From the NCBI GenBank assembly GCA_016861205.1, contig BOKX01000001.1, positions 392,539 to 456,538 on the forward strand: 64,000 bases of DNA. The letters run 5' to 3'. Shown here piece by piece: positions 38,020 to 47,712 of the stretch. Within the stretch, counting starts at the first letter, position 1; the number at the start of each line of letters is the position of its first letter. The notes under the pieces are model-generated. The model was not told where the DNA came from. It made no database searches and was given only the letters and a program-made list of their open reading frames with translations. Position numbers and translations under genes: made by a program. Source of the DNA: Patescibacteria group bacterium. Lineage in GTDB: Bacteria; Patescibacteriota; Microgenomatia; UBA1400; PJMF01.

Positions 38020-39438
38020 TTACTTGTTTATCACCTTCAGATGCAGTTCGGCCAGCTGCTCGTCAGTGACTGGGCTTGGGGCATCCATCACGGCGGTCCG
38101 GCCAGAGGCGGTCATTGGGAAAGCGATGACTTCTTTGAGTGAGGTTTCACCAGCCAACAGCATCACCATCCGGTCAAGACCTAACGCAATACCACCGTGC
38201 GGCGGGGTTCCCACTTCAAACGCGTCCAACATGTGGCCGACACTGTCACGAATTTCCTCATCCGAGTACCCCATGACTTTAAACGTTGCGGCCAACAACT
38301 CTGGTCGATGAGCGCGGATGCTGCCACCACCTACTTCATAACCGTTACAAACCAAGTCGTACTGCGTGGTCAAAATCTCGCCGATCTGCTCACCTTTCAG
38401 CAGCATCTCCTGGTGTTCAGGCAACGGTGCACTGAATGGATTATGAGTAAAGGTCCAACCACTCTTGCCATCACGAACTTCGGCTGCATCAGCCTTGTCT
38501 ACTTGTTTGAAGAATGGAAAGTTAACCACCCAGGCAAAAGCTAGAACGCCATTGGCTTTATCCTCTTCACTGCGCAAGTCGAAGCGGTCGGCACCATACT
38601 TGGCCATAGCATCTTGGTAATCAACCACTGGGAAGGTCTCAGCCTTGAGCTTGCCACCAACTGCCTTAACAGCCGACTTAACCATCGACTCCACTGTTTG
38701 CATGACGTCATCACGCTCGACGAAACTCAACTCTAAGTCGAGCTGGGTGAACTCAAAACCACGGTCAGCGCGCAAGTCTTCGTCACGGATGCACCGGGCA
38801 AACTGGAAGTACCGTTCAACACCAGCGGTCATCAACAGCTGCTTGTACTGTTGGGGACTCTGGGGCAAGGCATAAAACTTACCAGGTTGAAAACGACTCG
38901 GTACCACAAAGTCGCGGGCTCCTTCTTTGGTTGACTTGGTCAACATAGGGGTTTCGACTTCAGTAAAGTTTTGCTCGTATAGTGCTTCGCGCAAGGCCCG
39001 GAAGTAGTCTGATCGAAGCTTAACAATGTTACGCATCCGTTCGCGGCGAAGGTCTAAATAGCGGTAACGCAACCGGACTTCTTCACTAACTTCACGACCA
39101 TCACCCTCCACCAAAATGGGAAGCTCTTTGGCTGGATTCAAGATCTCATAAGCTTTGACCTCAAACTCAATATTGCCATTGATGACGTTGGCGTTGACCA
39201 ACTTAGCAGGTCGCTCTTTGACCAATCCTGTCACAGAAATAACTGACTCAGTGGTCAGTTCACCCATCATTTGAAAACCCACACACTGGAGCTTGCCAGT
39301 GCGGTCGCGCAAATCAATGAACGTTAACTTACCATGGTCACGTTTGGTATCTACCCAACCTACCAGGGTCACGGTCTGACCCAATTGCGAGGCCACTTGG
39401 CCAATTGGTAGTTGCTGGGTGGTTGTTGAACTGGTCAT
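38020..39438 (-). CDS. aspS: Aspartyl-tRNA synthetase, short form lacking the GAD insertion (likely non-discriminating)
   Basis: Class II motifs and 'FARCIRDEDLRADRGFEFTQLDLELSF', the AspRS signature. 472 aa, versus about 590 for the typical bacterial enzyme. Confidence 0.85.
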   Translation of the reverse strand: MTSSTTTQQLPIGQVASQLGQTVTLVGWVDTKRDHGKLTFIDLRDRTGKLQCVGFQMMGELTTESVISVTGLVKERPAKLVNANVINGNIEFEVKAYEILNPAKELPILVEGDGREVSEEVRLRYRYLDLRRERMRNIVKLRSDYFRALREALYEQNFTEVETPMLTKSTKEGARDFVVPSRFQPGKFYALPQSPQQYKQLLMTAGVERYFQFARCIRDEDLRADRGFEFTQLDLELSFVERDDVMQTVESMVKSAVKAVGGKLKAETFPVVDYQDAMAKYGADRFDLRSEEDKANGVLAFAWVVNFPFFKQVDKADAAEVRDGKSGWTFTHNPFSAPLPEHQEMLLKGEQIGEILTTQYDLVCNGYEVGGGSIRAHRPELLAATFKVMGYSDEEIRDSVGHMLDAFEVGTPPHGGIALGLDRMVMLLAGETSLKEVIAFPMTASGRTAVMDAPSPVTDEQLAELHLKVINK

Positions 39439-39700
39439 ACAACTCCTTGTCCCGCCAGTAGCGGGGCTTTATATAAAATAATGTTTCTAACGAGCTACAA
39501 AAAAAGCCCTCTCGTTTTAACCAACCTGGCTAAAACGAAAAGGCTTTCTCAATTGCTTGAGAAAAGGTGCCAACCTCTTCACTACTTATTTCCAGCGATT
39601 TCGGGCTTACCCGCTTAGTTGCTCGGGGTTGTCAGGCCCAAGTAGATCAAGTCAAACTCGATCAATGACTACGCCCGTAAGTATATCACAATTTTTTTGG

Positions 39701-39728
39701 TTGACATATATGTTTATTTCGCTAAAAT
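39701..39728 (+). promoter_or_regulatory. Sigma70-like promoter (TTGACA-16-TAAAAT)
   Basis: Consensus -35 at 39701-39706 and near-consensus -10 at 39723-39728, inside a 430-bp AT-rich intergenic region. Confidence 0.5.
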
Positions 39729-39736
39729 AGCTCTTT

Positions 39737-39866
39737 GGTATGTATCAAATGCATCACACCACTACCCGTCAAGTCTTTGCCCTTATTTGGACCCAAGGGC
39801 GGGTGTGTAGTGCAGCGTAAGTAAAAAAAAGCACAAACAACACCCCGCCACACCGGCGGGGTTTTT
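39737..39866 (+). promoter_or_regulatory. Approximately 130-nt structured leader ending in an intrinsic terminator immediately 5' of the start codon (attenuator/riboswitch-like)
   Basis: Hairpin GCCCTT..AAGGGC (approx. 39780-39801) sits upstream of the terminator. The upstream 'GGGCGGGTGTG' is a potential anti-terminator partner for the terminator 5' arm. Confidence 0.4.
39843..39866 (+). terminator. Rho-independent terminator hairpin CCCCGCC-acac-GGCGGGG followed by TTTTT
   Basis: Perfect 7-bp GC-rich stem with a 4-nt loop and a U5 tract. It ends 5 nt before the ATG at 39871. Confidence 0.6.
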
Positions 39867-39870
39867 GGTT

Positions 39871-40575
39871 ATGGCACGAACAAACACTGAACAACGACGC
39901 TACATGGACCTGCTCACTGCAGGTGTCATGGTGGGATTCGCTGAACTAGTCGGTCAGTATTTTTGTGGTGCAACTTCAACAACTGAGTTTGTAAACTTAT
40001 TTAACGAGCGATTTGAAGGCCCAGCTGATACATACTACCAAACTGGTCGCCGGTTACATTTCGATCCATGGGAGATTGCTGAGTCTGGTAAGATTTCCTG
40101 TTTTGCTTCTGCCTTTTTGATGGGTCTTTGGAGTCGGGCCACTTTTCTGGGTAATCCCGACATGTATCCAAGCTATATTGTGCAGGACCTCTATCCCAGT
40201 GATGATCCAAGAATCGCAAAAACCCCGATCCAAAAATCCCATGAGGTACACGGTGTTGTCAAAATTAATGGGACGTTGTATCAACAGTGGCGGAATAAAG
40301 ATCGTGTATGGTTCGAACAAATTATGAAACCGACAGCGGTCAACACAATCCATCAAAACAGCGATCAAGCTATCACTAGCTGTCGATTTGTAGCCAGCCG
40401 CTTGAGCCGATTCCCGTTGCAAAAATCCCGCGCTGAGCTGGCACTGCGCGTTGCCAACCAGCGTAGCCTCGAGCGATACCGCAACGATTTTTCAAATCTG
40501 TTACATGAAGTGCTACTACCAATTATCTACGAAGCTGCCGAACAGAAAGGGCCAAATCACTATGCCAGTCGTTAA
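39871..40575 (+). CDS. Hypothetical protein (Cys..His pair compatible with a papain-like/CHAP-like hydrolase fold; speculative)
   Basis: 234 aa taken from the ATG at 39871; the ORF track uses an upstream TTG. 'GKISCFASAFLMGLW' and 'KSHEVHGVVKINGTLY' lie about 56 aa apart. No TM segment. Confidence 0.45.
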   Translation: MARTNTEQRRYMDLLTAGVMVGFAELVGQYFCGATSTTEFVNLFNERFEGPADTYYQTGRRLHFDPWEIAESGKISCFASAFLMGLWSRATFLGNPDMYPSYIVQDLYPSDDPRIAKTPIQKSHEVHGVVKINGTLYQQWRNKDRVWFEQIMKPTAVNTIHQNSDQAITSCRFVASRLSRFPLQKSRAELALRVANQRSLERYRNDFSNLLHEVLLPIIYEAAEQKGPNHYASR

Positions 40576-40876
40576 AGACAAGCAATACTATATCGATGTA
40601 CTGACCGCCAGACAGGCCATCATCCAAAGGAAGCGCTATAACCAAGCGGCTTTGAATGAGATTCACGAATCCGAGATCAGTGGCGGTATTGACGAAAAAA
40701 CCAACCAAGTGATCGCGTTTTGGCAAGCTGTCGCTGAGCTAACTGGCTCGGCTACCAACACCATCCAGTTTGCGACGTACTTCTACGAGCATATCTATAA
40801 GGGACAAATTGACTTGGAACTGCTGGCTCTGGAAACTTACCGCTTACAAGTGCTCACCCAACCGGCTGAGGCGTAA
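40562..40876 (+). CDS. Small hypothetical protein co-transcribed with the upstream gene
   Basis: 104 aa from M38 of the ORF-track ORF, with an AAAGGG SD-like sequence about 10 nt upstream. It overlaps the upstream stop by 14 nt and the recJ 3' end by 33 nt (convergent). Confidence 0.4.
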   Translation: MPVVKDKQYYIDVLTARQAIIQRKRYNQAALNEIHESEISGGIDEKTNQVIAFWQAVAELTGSATNTIQFATYFYEHIYKGQIDLELLALETYRLQVLTQPAEA

Positions 40877-42544
40877 ATCTTTGATCATCAATTGGAGCGA
40901 CTGGCGACCTTGCCACTCGTTCCACTCGAGGGCTGCCGCCACATCAATCTGGTTACCAGCTTTGAGCTCTTCAGCTAAATCAGCTTTGCCCCAAGCCAGG
41001 GCCGTCACTGGTTGCGACTGAGTTGGAACCGCTAGTTTTAAACGCAGATGCTGCTTGTCACTGCCAAAGGTTTCCACTTTGGTCAGCGCTAGTTTCTGCC
41101 ACCCAAAAACTGGTTGTGGATTTCCGGCTCCAAATGGCTCAAAAGTAGCTACCTCATCGGCGAGTTCAGCTGTGACAAGATCGGCAGGCAAGTAGGCTTC
41201 CAGCTCAAGGCCGGGCACTAACCATTCTGGCTGGACACGCTCGCGAGCCAAGGTATGCAGCTGATCGGTTACGATCTTGATCTTACTCACCTCCAAACTA
41301 AAACCTGCCGCCATCGGATGACCACCGACCTCCAGCAAATCGTGACGAACTTGCCGGATGAGTTCCACTACATTAACTTGACTGATTGAACGAGCGGACG
41401 CTTTGGCTGTTGATTCACCCACCGCAATCACAATGGTGGGTTTGGCATACTCCTCCATCAACCGGCCAGCCAGTAAACCGATCACCCCTTCGTGATACTC
41501 AGTCGAGGCAACCACCAAAACACGTTCGGCTGCCTGGGCTTCTGCTGCTAGGCGAGCAGTTGTTAGCCACTGTGCCGTCAGTTCCTGCCGCCGTGAGTTC
41601 ATGTCAGAAATTACCTGCGTAAGTTGCCGTGCTCGATCACGATTGGTGGTACACAGGAGACGCAAGGCATCGAGGCCATGAGCAAGCCGACCCATGGCAT
41701 TCAAACGGGGTGCTAAACCAAAGTTAATGGTGGTCGTGGTAATTGTGGAAGGTGCCACATTGGCCCATGTCATCAAACTTTGCAAACCAACGCGCTCGCT
41801 CCGTCGGAGAGCAGGCAAGCCATGGACAACAAAACTGCGATTGGCACCAAGTAGAGGTACTTGATCGGCAACAGTAGCCAAAACAGTAAGGTCTAAACCG
41901 AGCTTGGTATCGGTACTTGGATCGTAGTCGTCAAGAAAGCGTCGTTTTATGGCTTGCGCTAAAAACCACGCTACCGTGCAACCACACAGCTTCGTGCTAT
42001 GCACTACAGCTAAGGCCGGTGGATAACCAGCATCTTCTGGTTGATGGTGATCACTCACGATCACATCAACTCCGGCTTCAGCCAGCCGGGTCAAAGACGC
42101 ATGGGCAACGATACCATTATCAGCCGTGATGATCAGACTTGGTCGAGAGGCACCAGCTAATACTTCGTCAACTGCCCGGGTGGACAGTCCGTAGCCGTGT
42201 TTCTCCCGATGCGGGATAAAGGGCTGCGCTGTGATTCCAATCGCTTGCAACGCTTCCCACATGACAGCGGTAGCGGTGATTCCATCAACATCATAGTCAC
42301 CGAACACCAGAACTGATTCCTGCTGCTGTCGAGCTTGCTCAATTCGATCCAAGGCAACCGTGACCTGAGCCTCATCGATCCCAACTTCACCGAGCTGCAT
42401 CTCAACAGGAGACCGTGGTGAAAAAAAACTTGGCTCGTCACTCACACCGCGATTAACCAATAACAACTTATGGATCTCGGCCATGGTTGTTGGCTGCTTG
42501 TCACTTTTGGCCAGCCAACGCCTGGAGTTTTGGGACGAATTCAT
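40844..42544 (-). CDS. recJ: Single-stranded-DNA-specific exonuclease RecJ (DHH/DHHA1)
   Basis: Carries 'LVFGDYDVDGITATAV', 'IITADNG' and 'VIVSDHHQP' DHH motifs. Confidence 0.85.
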   Translation of the reverse strand: MNSSQNSRRWLAKSDKQPTTMAEIHKLLLVNRGVSDEPSFFSPRSPVEMQLGEVGIDEAQVTVALDRIEQARQQQESVLVFGDYDVDGITATAVMWEALQAIGITAQPFIPHREKHGYGLSTRAVDEVLAGASRPSLIITADNGIVAHASLTRLAEAGVDVIVSDHHQPEDAGYPPALAVVHSTKLCGCTVAWFLAQAIKRRFLDDYDPSTDTKLGLDLTVLATVADQVPLLGANRSFVVHGLPALRRSERVGLQSLMTWANVAPSTITTTTINFGLAPRLNAMGRLAHGLDALRLLCTTNRDRARQLTQVISDMNSRRQELTAQWLTTARLAAEAQAAERVLVVASTEYHEGVIGLLAGRLMEEYAKPTIVIAVGESTAKASARSISQVNVVELIRQVRHDLLEVGGHPMAAGFSLEVSKIKIVTDQLHTLARERVQPEWLVPGLELEAYLPADLVTAELADEVATFEPFGAGNPQPVFGWQKLALTKVETFGSDKQHLRLKLAVPTQSQPVTALAWGKADLAEELKAGNQIDVAAALEWNEWQGRQSLQLMIKDLRLSRLGEHL

Positions 42545-42569
42545 TGTACAATGCCTTATTCTTTAATCT

Positions 42570-44195
42570 ATGAAACTTGCGCTTAGCTTACACGCTCTCT
42601 GGATAATGCACCAGCTACAAACCGTTGGCTATGAAGTGTTTCTCGTGGGAGGAGCAGTTCGCGACATCATGATTGGACAACAGGCGTACCCCTACGCCCC
42701 CGCAATCACAAAACACCCATTACTTTTTGACTATGACTTTGCCACCAATGCCACGCCAGACCAAATCCAAGCTGTTTTTCCAGACAGTTTTTATGAAAAC
42801 CAATTTGGGACGGTCAGCTTAACATTTGATCACGTCAACACTATTTTGGGTGAACCACTCACAGCAGCCGAGCTCGCCAAGCTCCAACCAGTACCCGATC
42901 CTCGCCCTCGGATTATCGACGTGGCTAAGGCTACTAAGTTACACACTTCACTCCAGTCTGAACCGTTACCTGAGGTTGATGCAGCGCACCCATTGGTGCC
43001 AAGTTTTCAAATCACAACCTATCGCACCGACGAGCTGTATGATAATCACCGCCAACCCAGCTCCATGACTTGGGGAAAAACACTCGTTGAAGATCTCGAG
43101 CGGCGAGACTTCACCATCAATGCTTTAGCTCTGTCTGTAACAGCTGAACAGCTATCTCAGCTGTTTAGTGGTCAACCACCAGCCACCGCGCTGATGGAGG
43201 TTGAGGCCATGTTATTGGACTACCATCATGGTCAAGCCGATCTTAAAACTGGCACCATTCGGACAGTGGGTGACCCACAGCGACGTTTTCAAGAAGATGC
43301 CCTGCGAATGCTGCGGGCCATTCGATTTAGTGTTCAGCTCAACTGTGAAATTGAATCCCAGACGTATGAACACCTCAGTCAACAAGCCACGTTACTCCAG
43401 CACATTAGCCAGGAGCGCATCCGGGATGAGTTTTTGAAAATGCTGGCTAGTCCGTTTCCAGCCGAAGCGGTTGAGTTGCTTGCAGACACTGGGCTGTTGG
43501 AGTTCGTCTTGCCAGAACTGTTAGCAGCGCAAGGAGTCCAACAAGGTGGGCATCACACCACGGATGTTTGGGTACACAGCTTGGACGCTCTACGATGTTG
43601 CCCATCACCTGATCCCATCGTTCGGCTAGCCACGTTACTCCATGACATCTCTAAGCCTGAAACACAAGGTCGCTCTGGATCTCAAATCACGTTTTACAAT
43701 CATGAGGTGGTTGGTGCTCGGGTGGCCAAAAAAGTTGGTCAACGACTGCGGTTGGCTCGTCATGATATTGATCGGTTGTTCATCCTCGTCAGATATCATA
43801 TGTTCCATTACCAACCAGAAAACAGTGATGCTGCCATCCGCCGCTTGATGCGTCAGGTCGGCCTAGAACACCTCGATGATTTACTGGACTTACGTGAAGC
43901 TGATCGGCTGGGCAGCGGCGCTAAGAAAACGAGTTGGCGACTCGAAGAGTTGAAAGCGCGCATGATTGCTCAGTTACATCAGCCAATGGACGTGACTGAT
44001 TTAGCAATTGATGGTACCGTGTTAATGAACGAAGCTGGTTTTAAACCAAGCCGAGAGCTGGGTGAAGCTCTCAAGTATTTACTGGAGTTGGTTCTCGACC
44101 AACCAGACCTGAACACCAAGGACACTCTGCTTGCTAAAGCTCGCGAGTGGCGTCAACATCTGCACCATGACTCCAACTTGGCATCAACCACCTAG
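42570..44195 (+). CDS. cca: CCA-adding tRNA nucleotidyltransferase / poly(A) polymerase family with HD domain
   Basis: Carries the 'VFLVGGAVRDIMIG' head motif, the 'RRDFTINALA' motif and the 'GGHHTTDVWVHSL...LLHDISK' HD domain. Confidence 0.75.
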   Translation: MKLALSLHALWIMHQLQTVGYEVFLVGGAVRDIMIGQQAYPYAPAITKHPLLFDYDFATNATPDQIQAVFPDSFYENQFGTVSLTFDHVNTILGEPLTAAELAKLQPVPDPRPRIIDVAKATKLHTSLQSEPLPEVDAAHPLVPSFQITTYRTDELYDNHRQPSSMTWGKTLVEDLERRDFTINALALSVTAEQLSQLFSGQPPATALMEVEAMLLDYHHGQADLKTGTIRTVGDPQRRFQEDALRMLRAIRFSVQLNCEIESQTYEHLSQQATLLQHISQERIRDEFLKMLASPFPAEAVELLADTGLLEFVLPELLAAQGVQQGGHHTTDVWVHSLDALRCCPSPDPIVRLATLLHDISKPETQGRSGSQITFYNHEVVGARVAKKVGQRLRLARHDIDRLFILVRYHMFHYQPENSDAAIRRLMRQVGLEHLDDLLDLREADRLGSGAKKTSWRLEELKARMIAQLHQPMDVTDLAIDGTVLMNEAGFKPSRELGEALKYLLELVLDQPDLNTKDTLLAKAREWRQHLHHDSNLASTT

Positions 44196-46812
44196 CCAAC
44201 TTGATTTAACGGCGATTCTCAATCAGTTGCATGTGTCTGGTGAACGCGGCCTCTCATCGCACCAAGTTATCGAACTCCAAAAAGCCAGCCAACCTAACGA
44301 ACTACCGACACAGAAACCACTTAACTTTCTCTGGCTGTACCTCAAACAGTTCCAGAGTCCCTTGATTTACTTATTGTTTGGGGCGGCGGTAGTTAACTGG
44401 TTGGTTGGACAAACCAGCGACACTTGGGTCATTTTAATGGTAGTTGGCATTAATAGTTTGATTGGTTTTGTCCAAGAAGCTCGAGCTGAACAACGGGTCA
44501 GATCACTTCGCCAACTCCTAACTCCGACCACAAAAGTGCTGCGCGACGGAACACTCCATGTGATCCCTGCGAAAGAACTGGTACTTGGCGACATTGTTCA
44601 CCTGGAGCCTGGTGATCGAGTTCCCGCTGATGCTCGATTAATGGCAAGCTATAACTTGCAGTGTAACGAAGCACACTTAACAGGCGAATCATTACCAAGT
44701 CGAAAATCAACTCAAAAACTTGCTCATATAGCCCTGATCAGCGATCAACATAATATGGTGTGGATGGGGGCACTGGTTACCCAGGGCCAAGGGCAAGCGA
44801 TAGTGACAGCCACTGGTCTAGATACCGAGCTAGGCCGCATCTCAAATTTGATTGAGACGGCTCACGAACTCAGCTCGCCACTGGCAACCACAATTCGTCA
44901 ATTTAGTCGAACTTTAATGCTCCTGGTGTTGGTGGCTGTTGGCATAGTCGGAGTGATTGGATGGTGGCGAGAGCTACCAAGCACCGTGCTGGTAACCACA
45001 ATTGTCAGCTTGGTGGTGTCTATTATTCCCGAGGGACTACCCGTGGTAGTGACTGTAACACTATCGCTTGGTTTATGGCGAATGGCCAAACAACGCAGTG
45101 TGATTCGCAAACTTGACACACTGGAAACACTGGGCAGTGTTGAGGTGATCTGTACTGACAAGACTGGGACTCTTACCCGAGGTGAAATGATGGTGAGCCG
45201 AATCCTAGCTCCTGGTCAAACCTGGACCGTAACCGGTGATGGCTTTGTACCTGAAGGTACAATTTTGGACAACCAGCAGGTAGTTCACTTGACAGAGCAG
45301 CCATTTCTTGAGGATGTTTTGCGAGCAGCAGCCCTGTCTACCCAAGCTCAAACTGAACTAAGTTCCAACGGACAGTACCTACCAATTGGTGATCCTACCG
45401 AGGTAGCTTTGACCGTATTAGCAGCCAAGATGAAAATCTTTAGTCGTGATCTTCACACTACGTTGCGTCTCGTTTTTATTGCCCCTTTTGATCAAAACCG
45501 ACGCTGGAGTAGCTTGGTGTACAAACGTAGTGATGGAAAGTATCTCAGTGTAACCAAAGGTTCACCAGAGAGCTTGGCCCAACACTGCCCCCGTCGCGAG
45601 TGGATCATTGCCAAAACAAAGCATTCAGCTCGAGCGGGCAATCGGGTCATCGCCCTTGGCTGGAGTGTGACTTCGTCAGACCCCACCAAACAACTGAGTG
45701 ATGGCCAACTACCACCCCTTGATAACACCGCACTCTTAATCTTGAATGATCCTCTTCGCTCCGACACATTTACGGCAATTCAAACATGTCAAACCAGTGG
45801 CATTCAGGTCATTATGGTCACGGGAGACCACCCTGACACGGCCAAAGAAATTGGTCGGCAACTGAATCTTCCTACTGAACCGTTGCTCATGAGCAGCCAA
45901 CTTTCCGAACTACCACCGGATGAGCAATCGCTTAAGTTGGCCCAAGCAAGTATTATTGCCCGTGCAACCCCCGAAATTAAGCTCAACTTAGTCCATTTGC
46001 TTCAGTCGCAATCAAAAGTCATTGCCATGACAGGCGATGGCGTCAATGATGCACCTGCCTTGAAGCAGGCCGACGTGGGAGTGGCTATGGGTCGATCTGG
46101 ATCTGATGTCGCGAAAGAAGCATCAGATATGGTCATTACTGATGACCGATTCGCCACGCTGGTGACTGCAATCCAAGAAGGGAGGTTGGTGTGGAGCAAT
46201 CTCCGGAAAGTCCTTTTTTATCTTTTGTCTACCTCAGTTGGGGAGCTGCTCTTGATTCTAATCGCCCTCATCGTCGGTTGGCCGCTTCCATTGCTCGCGT
46301 CCCAAATTATTTGGTTGAACCTCATCACTGATGCTTTTTTTGACATGGCCTTGGCTACCGAAGGACCGGAATACGATTTGATGAAAGCGAAACCTCGTGG
46401 GCGACGACGGACGTTGCTCGATAGGCGGCTGGTTGGCAGATTAATCTATACTGGGCTTCTGATGAGTGTGCTGGGCTTAAGTTACTTCCGCTGGCACATC
46501 GATATTGATCTAGATCGGGCTAGAACTCTCATGTTAACTACCTTAGCTGTCATCCAGTGGTTTAACGCCTGGAACGCCCGATCGGAACAGCGCACCATCT
46601 TTGAACTACCACCCTTTGGAAATCGTAATCTACTCATCGCCCTAACCTGCGCAGCTGTGTTGCAGTTCGCTGCCGTCTACTGGTGGCCTTTACAACACAT
46701 TCTCAAGACCACTCCACTGTCTGTTCATGACTGGGTGAGCATTATCGCGACTAGCAGCTTAATCTTACTCGCTGATATCATCTGGAAAAAAGTTTGGCCG
46801 AACCAACCCTAA
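44167..46812 (+). CDS. P-type cation-transporting ATPase (type IIA/IIIB-like, Ca2+/Mg2+)
   Basis: Carries 'ICTDKTGTLT' (the phosphorylation site), 'TGDHPDTA', 'MTGDGVNDAPALKQADVGVAMG' and 10 TM helices. Start taken at 'MTPTWHQ' (44167); the ORF-track start at 44131 would overlap cca by 65 nt. Confidence 0.9.
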   Translation: MTPTWHQPPSQLDLTAILNQLHVSGERGLSSHQVIELQKASQPNELPTQKPLNFLWLYLKQFQSPLIYLLFGAAVVNWLVGQTSDTWVILMVVGINSLIGFVQEARAEQRVRSLRQLLTPTTKVLRDGTLHVIPAKELVLGDIVHLEPGDRVPADARLMASYNLQCNEAHLTGESLPSRKSTQKLAHIALISDQHNMVWMGALVTQGQGQAIVTATGLDTELGRISNLIETAHELSSPLATTIRQFSRTLMLLVLVAVGIVGVIGWWRELPSTVLVTTIVSLVVSIIPEGLPVVVTVTLSLGLWRMAKQRSVIRKLDTLETLGSVEVICTDKTGTLTRGEMMVSRILAPGQTWTVTGDGFVPEGTILDNQQVVHLTEQPFLEDVLRAAALSTQAQTELSSNGQYLPIGDPTEVALTVLAAKMKIFSRDLHTTLRLVFIAPFDQNRRWSSLVYKRSDGKYLSVTKGSPESLAQHCPRREWIIAKTKHSARAGNRVIALGWSVTSSDPTKQLSDGQLPPLDNTALLILNDPLRSDTFTAIQTCQTSGIQVIMVTGDHPDTAKEIGRQLNLPTEPLLMSSQLSELPPDEQSLKLAQASIIARATPEIKLNLVHLLQSQSKVIAMTGDGVNDAPALKQADVGVAMGRSGSDVAKEASDMVITDDRFATLVTAIQEGRLVWSNLRKVLFYLLSTSVGELLLILIALIVGWPLPLLASQIIWLNLITDAFFDMALATEGPEYDLMKAKPRGRRRTLLDRRLVGRLIYTGLLMSVLGLSYFRWHIDIDLDRARTLMLTTLAVIQWFNAWNARSEQRTIFELPPFGNRNLLIALTCAAVLQFAAVYWWPLQHILKTTPLSVHDWVSIIATSSLILLADIIWKKVWPNQP

Positions 46813-46836
46813 CAAGTCACGCATCCATCAGGTGAG

Positions 46837-47712
46837 TTATTTTTTTCGACTGAGTGTTTGCCAAGCCAACAGGAGCGGAGCAGCTGTAAATGTCGATGAG
46901 TACGTGCCAGTCACTGCCCCAACTAACAACGCCAGAGCAAAGTAACGAATACTTTCTCCGCCCAGAAGTGTTAAACAAAGCAACATAATGATAATCGTCA
47001 TTGAGTTATTAATTGATCTACCCAAAGTTTGGGTAACTGCAATGTTCAGCACTTCTTTGAGTGCGAGCCTCGGTTGCTGGCGACTGATTTCACGCACCCG
47101 GTCATACACTACGATAGTGTCATGCACTGAAAAAGATAAGGTGGTCAGCAAGGCGGTCACAAACAACACGTCAACTTCCACGCCCCACCAAACTCCCAAT
47201 AAGCTAAATACCCCCAACAATACAAGTAAGTCATGGCACATTGCTAAAATGGCACACACTCCAAATGACAATTGCCGGAACTGTCGCCAAACATACAGGG
47301 TAATTCCGCCAGCGGCCAATGCCACCGCCACTAGTGTTTTGCTAATTAGTTCTTGGCCCAGTACCGGCCCTACGGTGGTAAATCGGTGTTCGACTACAGG
47401 TCCCCACCCAGCCGTCACCACCTGCAAAGCTTGTTGATGTTGCTCGGGTGTCATTGCTTTACCACGCAAAACATAGACGTGGTCCCCACTGGCCTGCACC
47501 ACTTCCACTTCCCAAACCGGCCCTAAAACGGCTTGTGCTTCACTCTGACTTAGATTTTCGGGAATTCGGGCTCCACTGACTTCCCAAAGTGCACCCCCAG
47601 TGAAATCAATACCTAGTCGCAAACCATTCATTGCCAATGAAATCAGTCCAGGGACGATCACTAGTGCTGAAATAGCCAGATACAGCCATCGAAATTTCAT
47701 GAAATCAATCAT
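46837..47712 (-). CDS. secF: Protein translocase subunit SecF
   Basis: Starts at 'MIDFMKFRWLYLAISALVIVPG' (the ATG forms an ATGA overlap with the secD stop). It carries the SecD/F family TM bundle; the ORF-track N-terminal extension was rejected. Confidence 0.8.
   Translation of the reverse strand: MIDFMKFRWLYLAISALVIVPGLISLAMNGLRLGIDFTGGALWEVSGARIPENLSQSEAQAVLGPVWEVEVVQASGDHVYVLRGKAMTPEQHQQALQVVTAGWGPVVEHRFTTVGPVLGQELISKTLVAVALAAGGITLYVWRQFRQLSFGVCAILAMCHDLLVLLGVFSLLGVWWGVEVDVLFVTALLTTLSFSVHDTIVVYDRVREISRQQPRLALKEVLNIAVTQTLGRSINNSMTIIIMLLCLTLLGGESIRYFALALLVGAVTGTYSSTFTAAPLLLAWQTLSRKK

Noticed and set aside
39507-39565. Imperfect hairpins in the aspS upstream region (cgtttta..taaaacg; ctttctcaa..ttgagaaaag), considered as terminators or an ncRNA
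   Set aside because: The stems are AT-rich and imperfect with long loops and lack a proper U-tract in either orientation relative to a gene end. This is more likely promoter/UTR sequence for aspS than a discrete element.
40451-40561. ORF-track N-terminus of the 141-aa ORF (MPTSVASSDT...)
   Set aside because: These 37 codons overlap the upstream gene out of frame. The internal ATG at 40562 has an SD-like AAAGGG upstream and gives a compact coupled gene, which is preferred.
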